From: a virus
Reading direction: 5' to 3' (one strand)
IMG/VR virus record: IMGVR_UViG_3300042453_001086
Coordinates: 1 to 64,000 of that record
DNA: 64,000 nt
The notes beneath the pieces are model-generated. The model was not told the DNA's origin. It made no database searches and was given only the letters and a program-made list of their open reading frames with translations. The position numbers and the translations under genes are program-made. This document shows, piece by piece, positions 1 through 9,283 of the stretch; position 1 is the stretch's first letter, and the number at the start of each line of letters is the position of its first letter.

Positions 1-400
1 TAGTGAAAGTATTATCACTACTATTCTGCGGTGCTCGCCATAGATAACTGACCATACTTTCACTGGCGTGATACTTACCATAGCGTCGAGTATATTCTAC
101 ACAGCAATGCTGGAACAACTCAAACAACCAGCGATAGTGAGAGGAGGATTGCCTCACCCACACAGCAGATGGATGGTTGATGTGAGCTGCTTTGTATAGA
201 ATATCTTCTCGCGGATAGTCTAGTCGAAAACGTTTGACTGTCTTACCCTTAGGAGATTTTTGAGTATAAGGAATGCCGTCGAGCACACGATGAGCAGTGG
301 AAAGAAGCTGAGCATACTCAAGAATCATTTTCACAACATGCTTATCGCAATGCTCGGCGGCACAGGTGCGAGGGTCGTAACTCAGATAGAAAATATTCAT
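1..400 (-). CDS. denV: Pyrimidine-dimer DNA glycosylase / endonuclease V family protein (runs off window edge; absent from ORF track)
   Basis: Manual translation from ATG at 400: MNIFYLSYDPRTCAAEHCDKHVVKMILEYAQLLSTAH...HINHPSAVWVRQS, the typical N-terminus of this family. Confidence 0.8.
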   Translation of the reverse strand, partial: MNIFYLSYDPRTCAAEHCDKHVVKMILEYAQLLSTAHRVLDGIPYTQKSPKGKTVKRFRLDYPREDILYKAAHINHPSAVWVRQSSSHYRWLFELFQHCCVEYTRRYGKYHASESMVSYLWRAPQNSSDNTFT

Positions 401-421
401 GGGGTCTCTGTCGTTGACCCC

Positions 422-450
422 ATTATATCACCATTCCATCGCTTCCGCAA
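422..450 (-). promoter_or_regulatory. sigma70-type early promoter for the denV-like gene, inside the thyX 3' end
   Basis: TTGCGG-N17-TATAAT with extended -10 TG. Confidence 0.6.
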
Positions 451-1072
451 CCGATGGAAACTGCTCCTTAAAGATTTCTCTACACTGCTCAGCGATGACC
501 ATGTGTTCCTTTTGGGTGCCATGGGCAGAGCGAAGATCGATGTAGTGCAACCATGACCTGCATGAGCCCGTCATGTAGATCCGTGTGGGGGTTGCTAGGG
601 GGAGCACGAAGCGGGCACACTCCTTAGCGACTCCCGCCCCTAGGAGGCGCTTGTAGAGGTTGTTGGCGGCGGTGAAGTGCTCAGCAATCTCTGCTTGAAA
701 CTTCAGTTTCACATAGTCTCCAAGATCATCAGTAGAATTCTGACGGTTCTTGGTATCCTGTCGGCGCAGATCGGGCACAGGAATATGCTCAGTGATTAGG
801 TTAGCATCAGCATAGCGTTGCGAAAATTCCTGGAATGTGAAGCTCCTATGACGAAGAATCTGTGCTGCGATGCCACGATTTGTTTCAATCTCAAGGGTCA
901 TATGAGATTGTTCAAACACAGACCAATGATTATGCTTAATACAATAACGAAGTAACCCCGCATAGTTCTCGTTATCTTGGTTACTAGGGTTAGACACTCT
1001 AGCAACGTATGCCATTGTCTGTTCTGCATCAGGTGTAACGGAAATGAGTTTAACTTGCGAATGATTTGTCAT
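428..1072 (-). CDS. thyX: FAD-dependent thymidylate synthase ThyX
   Basis: RHRSFTFQEFSQRY ThyX motif; H-W-S-V-F-E and HGTQKEH motifs. Confidence 0.97.
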   Translation of the reverse strand: MTNHSQVKLISVTPDAEQTMAYVARVSNPSNQDNENYAGLLRYCIKHNHWSVFEQSHMTLEIETNRGIAAQILRHRSFTFQEFSQRYADANLITEHIPVPDLRRQDTKNRQNSTDDLGDYVKLKFQAEIAEHFTAANNLYKRLLGAGVAKECARFVLPLATPTRIYMTGSCRSWLHYIDLRSAHGTQKEHMVIAEQCREIFKEQFPSVAEAMEW

Positions 1073-1073
1073 A

Positions 1074-1469
1074 TTAGTTTGATGTCAGGTTTAACGTAAC
1101 TGCAATACTATCACCATTGTTTGTAACATTATAGGGAGCACCAGGAAATCTTTCGGCAAAAACTACAGTGTTACCAGTAGATGTAACAACATAATACCCA
1201 TAAATATTACCTTTATTACCAGTGAAACTCCAAGTAAATGTAGGATAGGACACTGATTTTCCGTTTAAGATCCAAGAAGACCCAGTAAGAGTTTCTGATG
1301 CATATCCATTTCCTGTAGTTACTTCCGTAAAATCAGCGGACGTACTATCTTCATCTGGAGTATAATCATTACTATACAACTTCAAAACTAAACTCTCTAC
1401 TGTTGTATCTTTTCCTACCAAATACGATAATGCTAATCCTTTAGCAGCATCTGTAATCTGTAAAGACAT
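1074..1469 (-). CDS. Hypothetical protein, probable virion/tail-associated beta-rich domain
   Basis: 131-aa ORF rich in T/S/G; LKLYSND...YGYYVV pattern seen in phage structural domains. Confidence 0.5.
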   Translation of the reverse strand: MSLQITDAAKGLALSYLVGKDTTVESLVLKLYSNDYTPDEDSTSADFTEVTTGNGYASETLTGSSWILNGKSVSYPTFTWSFTGNKGNIYGYYVVTSTGNTVVFAERFPGAPYNVTNNGDSIAVTLNLTSN

Positions 1470-1472
1470 TTG

Positions 1473-1724
1473 TTATTTTCTCCTTTCTTTTGGTGGTTTA
1501 TTTCCCCAAAGTTTTGGGTTTACTCTTCCTTCTGATTGTTTCCATCCTTTGAGACCTTCTCTATACCTATCCCAATAGTAATCAAAGATTTCTATTTGTT
1601 TATCTGGGATAACTATATCATAAGCGATTGCTCCATCAATCTCATAGGTAACTAAGTAAGCAGTGTACGGCAGACCTCTATCGTTTGCCAGTTCAGGGTC
1701 ACAGTTTTGATGGAGAATCTTCAT
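1473..1724 (-). CDS. Conserved cyanophage hypothetical protein
   Basis: 83-aa ORF in tight co-directional gene packing. Confidence 0.75.
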   Translation of the reverse strand: MKILHQNCDPELANDRGLPYTAYLVTYEIDGAIAYDIVIPDKQIEIFDYYWDRYREGLKGWKQSEGRVNPKLWGNKPPKERRK

Positions 1725-2173
1725 CAGCTACGTCCCCCCCACTGAATCTGAGGGTATGTTTCTTCAATGAGTGCTTTTGAGATACGAGTATATTTTTTCT
1801 GTAGTTTTTTATCTTTGACTAAACAAAGAACTTCTGCTTCATCTGGATGCAGATTTTCAATCATACCTAGAAAGATCTGCTCGCGTTTGCTTTGAGTAAT
1901 GCCAGATCCACCTTTGACAAAGTGAAACAATTTTTTCCCTTCATTCTCCAAAAGAAGATGATCTGTACCTTCTGGTGCTGGATTTGGAGTATAAGGAACA
2001 TCTCCTTCTGGTAGCATAGAAACTACAGTTTCATCAAAGTTCCAAATAAACAATGAACGAAGAACTTGTGTGTTGTTCTCAAGCAGAATCTTTTTCTTTT
2101 CTTCTTTAGTCTTTGCGTTATTAGCTTTACGCAGCACCTCTGAGATTAGAGGGCGATATGTTTTAGTTGCCAT
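1724..2173 (-). CDS. Conserved T4-like phage hypothetical protein adjacent to rnh
   Basis: 149-aa ORF; stop overlaps the next start. Confidence 0.8.
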   Translation of the reverse strand: MATKTYRPLISEVLRKANNAKTKEEKKKILLENNTQVLRSLFIWNFDETVVSMLPEGDVPYTPNPAPEGTDHLLLENEGKKLFHFVKGGSGITQSKREQIFLGMIENLHPDEAEVLCLVKDKKLQKKYTRISKALIEETYPQIQWGGRS

Positions 2174-2179
2174 GTCAGT

Positions 2180-3070
2180 TCAAAATGGTTGTGTGTTACG
2201 AAATACAAAATCTTCCATCAACTTCGTGAGTTGATGTTGCTGAAAGTATTCTAATGGAACTTTCCTTTCGTTGCTATTTAGTGATTTGTAATAAGATACA
2301 ATCTCTGTAGCAAGATGTTCAGGTATACAAGAAAGATCGATTAGTTTCCGATTACGTTCATAGTTTTCTCTTGCTTGTTGATCTAAACAGAATACAGATG
2401 GATCTAGATTGACCCACTTTTCTAAGTTTTTCTTACTTATAGGTTTCTGTCTCTTGCCTACCACAAATGTATCAGCATCAGATAGGAAGTTAGGTATGCC
2501 ATCTGACTTATCTCCTTTAATGATATGCTCTCTGGCATATGCTTTAGGGTCATCATGTTTGATCTCCTTCTTAAGAATAGGATTGTATTGCTTTACAAAA
2601 GGATACTTCTGTAGCTGAATAAAATCTTTGTCACCTGAGAGAATCAATACCTCTTCAGATTCCTTGCCTTCCTTCTGAAGTTTGATGTTGCGATACGCTT
2701 GGTAAGTAGTGAGAGTGCTGATAACATCATCTGCCTCAGCTCCATATACTTCGACCACCTTATATGGAAAGAAGGTTTTGATCTCATCGCGTATCTTATT
2801 CAAGACTTCAAAGATAGCATTCCAATCTAAATCAGATGCCTCTCGATCTTTTTTTCTATTCTGTTTGTAGTAGGGGAATGTTTCTTTCCGCCAGTAGTGC
2901 TTACTGTCATACGCAAGAACAATCTCACCATACTTAGGAGAGTATTGTCTTTCAAATGCGCGAAGGGCAGTAAGCACCATATGACGAACAAGATTTTCAT
3001 TTAGAGCATCGCCCTTCAGTTGCATCATCAGATTACTAATCATAATCTGATTCATATCAATAAGAATCAT
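2180..3070 (-). CDS. rnh: T4-type RNase H / 5'-3' exonuclease (FEN family)
   Basis: MILIDMNQ, EADDVI, LSGDKDFIQL and GDKSDGIPN motifs. Confidence 0.95.
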   Translation of the reverse strand: MILIDMNQIMISNLMMQLKGDALNENLVRHMVLTALRAFERQYSPKYGEIVLAYDSKHYWRKETFPYYKQNRKKDREASDLDWNAIFEVLNKIRDEIKTFFPYKVVEVYGAEADDVISTLTTYQAYRNIKLQKEGKESEEVLILSGDKDFIQLQKYPFVKQYNPILKKEIKHDDPKAYAREHIIKGDKSDGIPNFLSDADTFVVGKRQKPISKKNLEKWVNLDPSVFCLDQQARENYERNRKLIDLSCIPEHLATEIVSYYKSLNSNERKVPLEYFQQHQLTKLMEDFVFRNTQPF

Positions 3071-3313
3071 TTAATCCTCGTCGTCGTACTCCTCAAAATC
3101 TTCAGAATTTTCAAAGCGAACCGCTACGATTTCATCAGGAATCAGTTGACCATTTTCATCAAACATTTCGGGATGTAATGGTTGGATATTATTTTTGCTT
3201 AGGAATGCATTGACGATATCGTTTCCGAACCACCCAACAATGAATCCAATGGCAAATGAACCGATGATACCTATCCCGCTGAAGAACAGGATGTATGGTG
3301 TTGCTGACTCCAT
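3071..3313 (-). CDS. Small single-TM membrane protein with acidic tail
   Basis: MESATPYILFFSGIGIIGSFAIGFIVGWF...HPEMFDENG; start trimmed from ORF track. Confidence 0.7.
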   Translation of the reverse strand: MESATPYILFFSGIGIIGSFAIGFIVGWFGNDIVNAFLSKNNIQPLHPEMFDENGQLIPDEIVAVRFENSEDFEEYDDED

Positions 3314-3317
3314 CTTA

Positions 3318-3452
3318 CTACTCCTTGTTTGGTTTGTCAACCTCCCAAGAGAACTCCATATTAAAATGAAATGTTCTGCGTAGGAGGCTGAATGTTTTAC
3401 TCAGTTTTAATCCATGTCTAGGTTTGACTTGATCAACCCTCCTACGCAACAT
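3318..3452 (-). CDS. Small hypothetical protein
   Basis: MLRRRVDQVK...FSWEVDKPNKE; the ATG at 3452 avoids a long overlap with the upstream gene. Confidence 0.5.
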   Translation of the reverse strand: MLRRRVDQVKPRHGLKLSKTFSLLRRTFHFNMEFSWEVDKPNKE

Positions 3453-3465
3453 GAATTCTATACCC

Positions 3466-3855
3466 TTATTTATTCGTAGTTGTTGTGCCTTTCTTTTTGT
3501 TTTTGCTGCCTGGTTTTCTTCCTCTTCTTTTTGATTGTTCATATTTTTTAGCGTCTTCAACTATAGTATTCAAATAATCTCTGACTTTTCTTGCTCTTGG
3601 TTTACCCATCCAACTATATGCTTCTCGCAATATAGCTGCAGATTCTCCACCATCCAAATACATATCAATCTCTTGTATTTGATCTTTGATAGATGTAAAT
3701 AAGTTTGATTTTAAAAACTCAGTTGCTATTTCTTTTTTTGTATCTATACTTTTTAAGTACTCATAAAAATTTAGATGATACTTTTCGTCAAAGAAAGCCT
3801 GTTCAATAGCAGTGTTAACAATAGCGTAAATATCTTCAACGAATAACATACTCAT
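3466..3855 (-). CDS. Conserved cyanophage hypothetical protein
   Basis: 129 aa; LREAYSWMGKPRARKVRDYL; basic C-terminal tail. Confidence 0.75.
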   Translation of the reverse strand: MSMLFVEDIYAIVNTAIEQAFFDEKYHLNFYEYLKSIDTKKEIATEFLKSNLFTSIKDQIQEIDMYLDGGESAAILREAYSWMGKPRARKVRDYLNTIVEDAKKYEQSKRRGRKPGSKNKKKGTTTTNK

Positions 3856-4106
3856 CCCTTCTTAGAACTACTGACTAATCCTTCTTTAACAAATAGCTTG
3901 ACAGTTTCTACAAGTCCTCCCACAGGTTCTTCATCAATCACGACAAAAGGAAATCCTGACGTAGAAGGATATTTTTTAGTAAAATCTTCTTTTGTCATAT
4001 CTTTTTTTACTACGATTTCTGTATAAGTCACATCAGCTCTTCTGAAAAGTTCTTTGAGGTGTCTACAAGACGGACAACCAACTAAGGTATAAGCAATAAT
4101 TTCCAT
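3852..4106 (-). CDS. Glutaredoxin
   Basis: CPSC active site; TSGFPFV and VGG motifs. Confidence 0.9.
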   Translation of the reverse strand: MEIIAYTLVGCPSCRHLKELFRRADVTYTEIVVKKDMTKEDFTKKYPSTSGFPFVVIDEEPVGGLVETVKLFVKEGLVSSSKKG

Positions 4107-4456
4107 CAGATACCTCTCTTAAGTACAGTCATTTTAGGTTGCATACATTCTAGCACTTGCACCATGTATTCGCAAGCCCTCTCTGGCATGGTGTGGTCGC
4201 CGCAGGTAAAGATATCTACAGCAGCATAACCTTTCTCTGGCCATGTATGAATGCTGATATGACTTTCTGATAACAAGCAAACAGCAGTGATTCCCTGTGG
4301 CGTGAACTCGTATTTAACTTCTTCAATCAGTGTTGCGTTAGCATGTTCTACTGCTTGCCTAAGGGAAGTGCTGATGAATGCTGAATCATTTAAAAGGTCT
4401 GCATTACACTCACATAACTCAGCAATGTGATGCACACCAAGCACTTCATCTACCAT
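4106..4456 (-). CDS. speD: S-adenosylmethionine decarboxylase proenzyme (class 1B, pyruvoyl)
   Basis: LLSESHISIHTWPE self-cleavage motif and VDIFTCG; start trimmed to MVDEVLG; late promoter ATAAATA ~25 nt upstream. Confidence 0.92.
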   Translation of the reverse strand: MVDEVLGVHHIAELCECNADLLNDSAFISTSLRQAVEHANATLIEEVKYEFTPQGITAVCLLSESHISIHTWPEKGYAAVDIFTCGDHTMPERACEYMVQVLECMQPKMTVLKRGI

Positions 4457-4494
4457 CAATGTATCTCCAATATCGTTTGAATATTTATGGCAAT

Positions 4495-4517
4495 AAAAAA
4501 GGAGGGTTGCCCCTCCT
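4495..4517 (-). terminator. Intrinsic terminator after psbA
   Basis: AGGAGGG-GCAA-CCCTCCT hairpin followed by a U-tract. Confidence 0.8.
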
Positions 4518-4542
4518 AGTATATCAGATTTTAACTGAAGTA

Positions 4543-5622
4543 TCAACCGATAGCAGGTGCAGTGAGTGCCACAGGGGTCATCTCAGCAGCAGCAAGGTCA
4601 AGCGGGAAGTTGTGAGCATTGCGCTCGTGCATCACTTCAAAACCGAGGTTAGCACGGTTGAGGATATCTGCCCAAGTGTTGACTACACGACCGCTGCTAT
4701 CAAGCAGCGACTGGTTGAAGTTGAAACCGTTGAGGTTGAATGCCATGGTGCTAACACCAAGAGCAGCAAACCAGATACCAACCACAGGCCAAGCAGCAAG
4801 GAAGAAGTGAAGACTACGGGAGTTATTGAAGGAAGCATATTGGAAAATAAGGCGACCAAAATAACCGTGAGCAGCTACAATGTTGTAGGTCTCTTCTTCT
4901 TGTCCGAACTTGTAACCGTAGTTCTGGGATTCTACTTCTGTCGTCTCACGGACGAGGGAAGAAGTGACCAGAGATCCATGCATAGCAGAGAAAAGAGAAC
5001 CACCAAATACACCAGCCACCCCAAGCATATGGAAGGGGTGCATGAGGATGTTATGCTCCGCCTGGAAAACAAGCATGTAGTTAAATGTACCTGAAATGCC
5101 GAGAGGCATAGCATCAGAGAAGGAACCTTGTCCAAATGGATATACGAGGAACACTGCAGAAGCAGCAGCAACGGGTGCGCTGTAGGCAACACAAATCCAA
5201 GGACGCATACCAAGTCGGTAAGAAAGTTCCCACTCACGTCCCATGTAAGCATAGATACCGATTAGAAAGTGGAAGACGACCAGTTGAAATGGTCCACCAT
5301 TATATAGCCACTCATCAAGTGAAGCTGCTTCCCAGATGGGATAGAAGTGCAGACCAATAGCGTTGCTTGAAGGAACTACAGCACCAGAGATGATGTTGTT
5401 TCCCCACATTAGTGAACCAGAAACAGGTTCACGGATGCCGTCGATGTCCACAGGGGGAGCACCGATGAATGCGATGATGAAGCACGTTGCTGCAGCGAGC
5501 AGCGTTGGAATCATCAGCACACCGAACCAACCCACATAAAGGCGGTTGTTCGTTGAAGTAACCCACTGGCAGAAAGATTCCCAGGGGGACGTAGATCGTT
5601 GTTGAGCGATTGAAGCTGTCAT
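4543..5622 (-). CDS. psbA: Photosystem II D1 protein (no intron)
   Basis: 359-aa canonical D1 sequence ([14 protein letters not shown]...[13 protein letters not shown]). Confidence 0.99.
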   Translation of the reverse strand: MTASIAQQRSTSPWESFCQWVTSTNNRLYVGWFGVLMIPTLLAAATCFIIAFIGAPPVDIDGIREPVSGSLMWGNNIISGAVVPSSNAIGLHFYPIWEAASLDEWLYNGGPFQLVVFHFLIGIYAYMGREWELSYRLGMRPWICVAYSAPVAAASAVFLVYPFGQGSFSDAMPLGISGTFNYMLVFQAEHNILMHPFHMLGVAGVFGGSLFSAMHGSLVTSSLVRETTEVESQNYGYKFGQEEETYNIVAAHGYFGRLIFQYASFNNSRSLHFFLAAWPVVGIWFAALGVSTMAFNLNGFNFNQSLLDSSGRVVNTWADILNRANLGFEVMHERNAHNFPLDLAAAEMTPVALTAPAIG

Positions 5623-5629
5623 TTGTTTA

Positions 5630-5741
5630 AAAGGATAGTAAGACCATCAGGGAAATGGTGGAGATACTATGCTCCCGCCACCCTCAGGCGGGATATGAGA
5701 GACGTGCTTTATACACCCTATAGGTCTCGGTTAGCGGGTGT
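5630..5741 (-). ncRNA. PhotoRC-II-like cis-regulatory RNA in the psbA 5' UTR
   Basis: Minus strand ...CUCAUAUCCCGCCUGAGGGUGGCGGGAGCAUAGUAUCUCCACCAUUUCCCUGAUGGUCUUAC matches the motif I recall upstream of cyanophage psbA; not verified by covariance model. Confidence 0.8.
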
Positions 5742-5776
5742 CGGAACGTTAAGAAATGTTTCGTTTCCTTAACACT

Positions 5777-5810
5777 TATTTATAATAGCATGGGTCGCCT
5801 GCCCTGTCAA
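5777..5810 (-). promoter_or_regulatory. Overlapping sigma70 and T4-late promoters for psbA
   Basis: TTGACA-N17-TATTAT overlapping TATAAATA. Confidence 0.8.
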
Positions 5811-5828
5811 GCCCCTGCCAGAACCATT

Positions 5829-5836
5829 TATAAATA
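5829..5836 (+). promoter_or_regulatory. T4-type late promoter for the tail-fibre-like gene
   Basis: TATAAATA 36 nt upstream of the ATG at 5872. Confidence 0.75.
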
Positions 5837-5871
5837 ACATAAATAGAACTCATTTTTACGAGCGTCGTGTA

Positions 5872-8508
5872 ATGGCAAATCGCTTTCCGTTAATAGGTAA
5901 CTCTGTAACTAAACGTCTAGAAGAACTAGCAGCAACGGACAATCTAAATCTTTCAGAGAGTGGGATTTATGACGGAACAGGTATAGGTAATCCTGGTCAA
6001 ATCCTATATTCAACTGGAGAAGGAATCGAATGGGCAAATGTTCCTGCAGAAATCGATACTACTTATTCTATTAGCGCAGAAGATGGTGGCAGTGGCAAAA
6101 AAATAATCAGATTAACTGATGTAAACTTTGTCACTGATGATGTAACTTTAGCACCTGGAACAAATATTTCACTCACAAGAAGTGGAGATGAAATAACTAT
6201 AAACGCAACCTATGTAGATACAGATACTATTACAAGTATCAAAGGTGGTGTTGCTGGTTCTTTTGTCACTGGCGAAGTTTCTTTATTGCCTACTGGTTCC
6301 GTTTTTATAACTCAAGTAGGTAACAACATTACTATTGGTGCTTCTGATACAAACACTATCACTAGAATAAAGGGTGGTAGTAGCGGAAGTTTTGTTACAG
6401 GTGATGTAACTATTACTGCATCTGGCGCTTCATCTGTAAACCAAGCAGGAAACACTGTAAACGTTTCTAGCACAGACACTGTAACTAGACTAAAAGCAAG
6501 TGGAGCAGGCGGAACATTCACAACAGGAGATATTACGTTAGCGGGTGGTGGAGCTGCCTCAGTAACTCAAAGTGGTTCTACTATCACAGTTAACTCTCCA
6601 AACACTACATATGGACTTAATGTAACTGATACTTCAACCACAGTAAAAACCCTCTCTTTAGCTGGTTCAGATAATACTTCTGTTGATGTTACTATCACTG
6701 CTGGACCTGGAGTTGTATTAACAGTTGATAATAATGATATTGAGTTTTCTGTCAATGTTTCAACCATCAACATCAATGACTTGGGTGATGTCACAATCAC
6801 AGATCCTGTCAATAATCATGCATTAAAATATTCAAATGGTTCTTGGGTAAATGGGTTTGTAAGTTATTCTGAACTTACCAATACTCCTGCTCTAGCAACA
6901 GTGGCAACTAGCGGCAGTTACAGTGATCTATCAAATCTCCCAGACTTACAACCAGTAGCAACATCGGGATCATACAACGACCTAGATGATTTACCTGTAT
7001 TAGTTACCGATGCATCAGATTTAACTGACACAACGAATCGTTTCTTCTCTGGAGATTATAGTGACTTATTAAATGCCCCTACTCTAGCAGATGTAGCAAC
7101 ATCAGGAGACTATAATGATCTACTAAGTCTCCCTGATTTAAAACCAGTTGCAACCTCTGGTGAGTACAGTGATTTATCTGGACTGCCAACTATTCCACCA
7201 AATAGAGAATACATTATATCAGCAGAAACCGATACAACTGGAGCTAAGATTAGACTTAGGGAAAATAATAGTTTAACAGATGATGATTTAGTTTTAGTTT
7301 CTGGAACTGGCATCACTGTCAGCAGAACAGATCAAAATACTATTAATATCACATCAACTGTAAGTGGATTACCTTCGGGATTAACTGCTACTGCATCTTC
7401 GCTAGTGTTTGAAGGTTCTACTGTAGATACTTTTAAAACTACTGTCCAAGTAGCAAACCCAACCGCAAATAGAACCCTAACACTACCCAACTTAAATGGC
7501 ACTATCATTGTAGATAGCACCAACAAAACTTATACGATGGATGTTTCTGAAACTGATACTCGTTTTTACGAAGGAAAAATAGGTTTACTAGGATCAAACA
7601 CAGGTGGTACTACATACGCTATAGTTTCTGGCGTGGGTGGTCTTAAAGTAGATACAGATAGCGTAACAGGTTCTCAGCAATCTGCATCAATAGGTGGACT
7701 AACTATCACACCACCCCCAGCAGTACATGTAGGAACTTCTGCTCCAGCATGGGCAAAAGATGGAGATCTATGGTATAACAATACCACAGGAGTTTTAAAA
7801 ATATTCGATGAAAGTTTATATCCAACTCCAGATGCTACTGTAGATTATTTTCAAGCAGTAGACTTAGGAGATAGTAGATTTTTCTGTGACAGAATCCCAC
7901 TGATTTACATTCCTACAGATAACCAGTTTATTGTTGGACCTGGCATACCATCAGGTGCTTTTGTTTCCAGTAGATTTGATCCACAAACAGGTAATAATGT
8001 TGGGTGGTTCAACTTAAACACTCCAGTTACCACAAACATTCCACATAATGCAAAATTAAGAGTTTATAGCACAAATCCAAACGTAAATATTAGTACTATT
8101 TGGAGAACTGTATACGAACCACAACCACAAAAACAACTACAGTCAAGAACAACTGCTGTAGGAACAACACCATTACTAGCACAAGACGAATCCGCAAACA
8201 TAACCATAACAGGATTCAAATCTTATGCACTATTAAAAGTACAAACAAATAACTCTGCGTGGGTTCGTTTGTATACAAGCTCAACCGCAAGAGATAATGA
8301 TGCAGGGAGAAGTTATGGCAATCCAGTTCCACAAAATGCTGGCGTTGTCTGTGACGTGACAACGATATCAAATCAAGTTCTTCCAATAACTCCATCTCTC
8401 ATAGGGTTTAGTGACGAAGATACTACTATATTTGCAACCATCGTAAATAAATCTGGTTCAAACACTGCGATTACAACTACGTTAACTATCCTAAAACTAG
8501 AAGATTAA
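5872..8508 (+). CDS. Tail-fibre / virion fibre-like protein with internal repeats
   Basis: 878 aa, T/S/G/D-rich; ~41-aa repeats and ~16-aa VATSGxYxDL repeats; DGDLWYN motif; late promoter. Confidence 0.8.
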   Translation: MANRFPLIGNSVTKRLEELAATDNLNLSESGIYDGTGIGNPGQILYSTGEGIEWANVPAEIDTTYSISAEDGGSGKKIIRLTDVNFVTDDVTLAPGTNISLTRSGDEITINATYVDTDTITSIKGGVAGSFVTGEVSLLPTGSVFITQVGNNITIGASDTNTITRIKGGSSGSFVTGDVTITASGASSVNQAGNTVNVSSTDTVTRLKASGAGGTFTTGDITLAGGGAASVTQSGSTITVNSPNTTYGLNVTDTSTTVKTLSLAGSDNTSVDVTITAGPGVVLTVDNNDIEFSVNVSTININDLGDVTITDPVNNHALKYSNGSWVNGFVSYSELTNTPALATVATSGSYSDLSNLPDLQPVATSGSYNDLDDLPVLVTDASDLTDTTNRFFSGDYSDLLNAPTLADVATSGDYNDLLSLPDLKPVATSGEYSDLSGLPTIPPNREYIISAETDTTGAKIRLRENNSLTDDDLVLVSGTGITVSRTDQNTINITSTVSGLPSGLTATASSLVFEGSTVDTFKTTVQVANPTANRTLTLPNLNGTIIVDSTNKTYTMDVSETDTRFYEGKIGLLGSNTGGTTYAIVSGVGGLKVDTDSVTGSQQSASIGGLTITPPPAVHVGTSAPAWAKDGDLWYNNTTGVLKIFDESLYPTPDATVDYFQAVDLGDSRFFCDRIPLIYIPTDNQFIVGPGIPSGAFVSSRFDPQTGNNVGWFNLNTPVTTNIPHNAKLRVYSTNPNVNISTIWRTVYEPQPQKQLQSRTTAVGTTPLLAQDESANITITGFKSYALLKVQTNNSAWVRLYTSSTARDNDAGRSYGNPVPQNAGVVCDVTTISNQVLPITPSLIGFSDEDTTIFATIVNKSGSNTAITTTLTILKLED
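6226..6600 (+). repeat. Three tandem ~41-aa coding repeats (IT.IKGG..GSFVTGDVT...)
   Basis: Visible in the translation of 5872..8508. Confidence 0.75.
6890..7200 (+). repeat. About six ~16-aa coding repeats VATSG[SDE]Y[SN]DL..LP
   Basis: Visible in the translation; DNA repeats gcaacatc/tagcaac. Confidence 0.8.
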
Positions 8509-8535
8509 AAAAATGGGGGTCTTTCGACCCCCTTT
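8507..8535. terminator. Bidirectional terminator between convergent genes
   Basis: A-run, GGGGGTC-TTTC-GACCCCC, T-run. Confidence 0.8.
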
Positions 8536-8541
8536 AAAGTA

Positions 8542-8661
8542 TCACCAAATGCCAGGGATGATTTGCCCAGTGGTCATGTAAGTACCAACAGCAATGACGA
8601 AACCGAGCATTGCCAGACGAGCGTTGAGGATCTCTGCCTCAGGGGTGAATCCGAATTTCAT
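8542..8661 (-). CDS. hli: High-light inducible protein (39 aa; absent from ORF track)
   Basis: MKFGFTPEAEILNARLAMLGFVIAVGTYMTTGQIIPGIW; ExxNxRxAMxG chlorophyll-binding motif. Confidence 0.95.
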   Translation of the reverse strand: MKFGFTPEAEILNARLAMLGFVIAVGTYMTTGQIIPGIW

Positions 8662-8676
8662 AGTAGTTCTCCTAGA

Positions 8677-8970
8677 TTAAAGATTTTCTTCTTGTTCAGT
8701 CAGAATAACACAGTCGCTGGTGGGATATGCTACACAAGTTAGAACCCAACCATCTGCCATTTGTTCATCATCAAGAAAGGATTGCTCCTCGTTATCAACA
8801 GTGCCGCTGATTAGTTTACCAGCACAGGCACTACAGGCACCCGCACGGCAACTGGAAGGTAGGTCGATACCTGCAAACTCAGCAGCATCAAGAATATATT
8901 GGTCATCAGGGCACTGAATAGTCTGCTCAGTACCATCAGGGGATTGAAGAGTAATGGAATAGGTAGCCAT
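8677..8970 (-). CDS. petF: Plant-type [2Fe-2S] ferredoxin
   Basis: [13 protein letters not shown]...VLTC motif. Confidence 0.97.
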   Translation of the reverse strand: MATYSITLQSPDGTEQTIQCPDDQYILDAAEFAGIDLPSSCRAGACSACAGKLISGTVDNEEQSFLDDEQMADGWVLTCVAYPTSDCVILTEQEENL

Positions 8971-9056
8971 CAATAAGTCTCACAAAGTTTTTCTACAGAG
9001 ATTGCCAGCAATACGAAGAAGGCAACGGAAGTCATTGTAAACAAAAGTTCAGTCAT
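8970..9056 (-). CDS. 28-aa hydrophobic peptide coupled to petF (TGATG overlap)
   Basis: [28 protein letters not shown]; exactly fills the hli-petF gap. Confidence 0.65.
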   Translation of the reverse strand: MTELLFTMTSVAFFVLLAISVEKLCETY

Positions 9057-9070
9057 TGTCAAGCCCTCAG

Positions 9071-9274
9071 TCAGAAGATGCCGAAGAAGAGTTTGCCAGT
9101 GACAAGATAAGAAACAGCACCAGCAACGATGCCGACCATTGCCCAACGCCCATTGTACATCTCCGTAGTTTGCATAGGAGTCATAAGACCCTTGCGATTG
9201 TATTCTTGGTAAACCATTTCAGGTTCTTTGGCCCACATGTTTTGCTGGCCATACTCATTCGTCGTAACAGTCAT
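9071..9274 (-). CDS. hli: High-light inducible protein (67 aa)
   Basis: TEMYNGRWAMVG motif; MTVTTNEYGQQNMWAKEP N-terminus. Confidence 0.95.
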   Translation of the reverse strand: MTVTTNEYGQQNMWAKEPEMVYQEYNRKGLMTPMQTTEMYNGRWAMVGIVAGAVSYLVTGKLFFGIF

Positions 9275-9283
9275 TTACACTCT

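Noticed and set aside
4543-5622. Intron or homing endonuclease in psbA; inteins in nrdA, gp41, gp43 or gp17
   Set aside because: All are uninterrupted ORFs of normal length with no intein or LAGLIDADG/HNH insertions visible.
6226-7200. Tandem repeats as a possible CRISPR or mini-array
   Set aside because: The repeats are degenerate at DNA level, in frame and conserved as amino acids. No identical repeat-spacer array was seen anywhere in the window.
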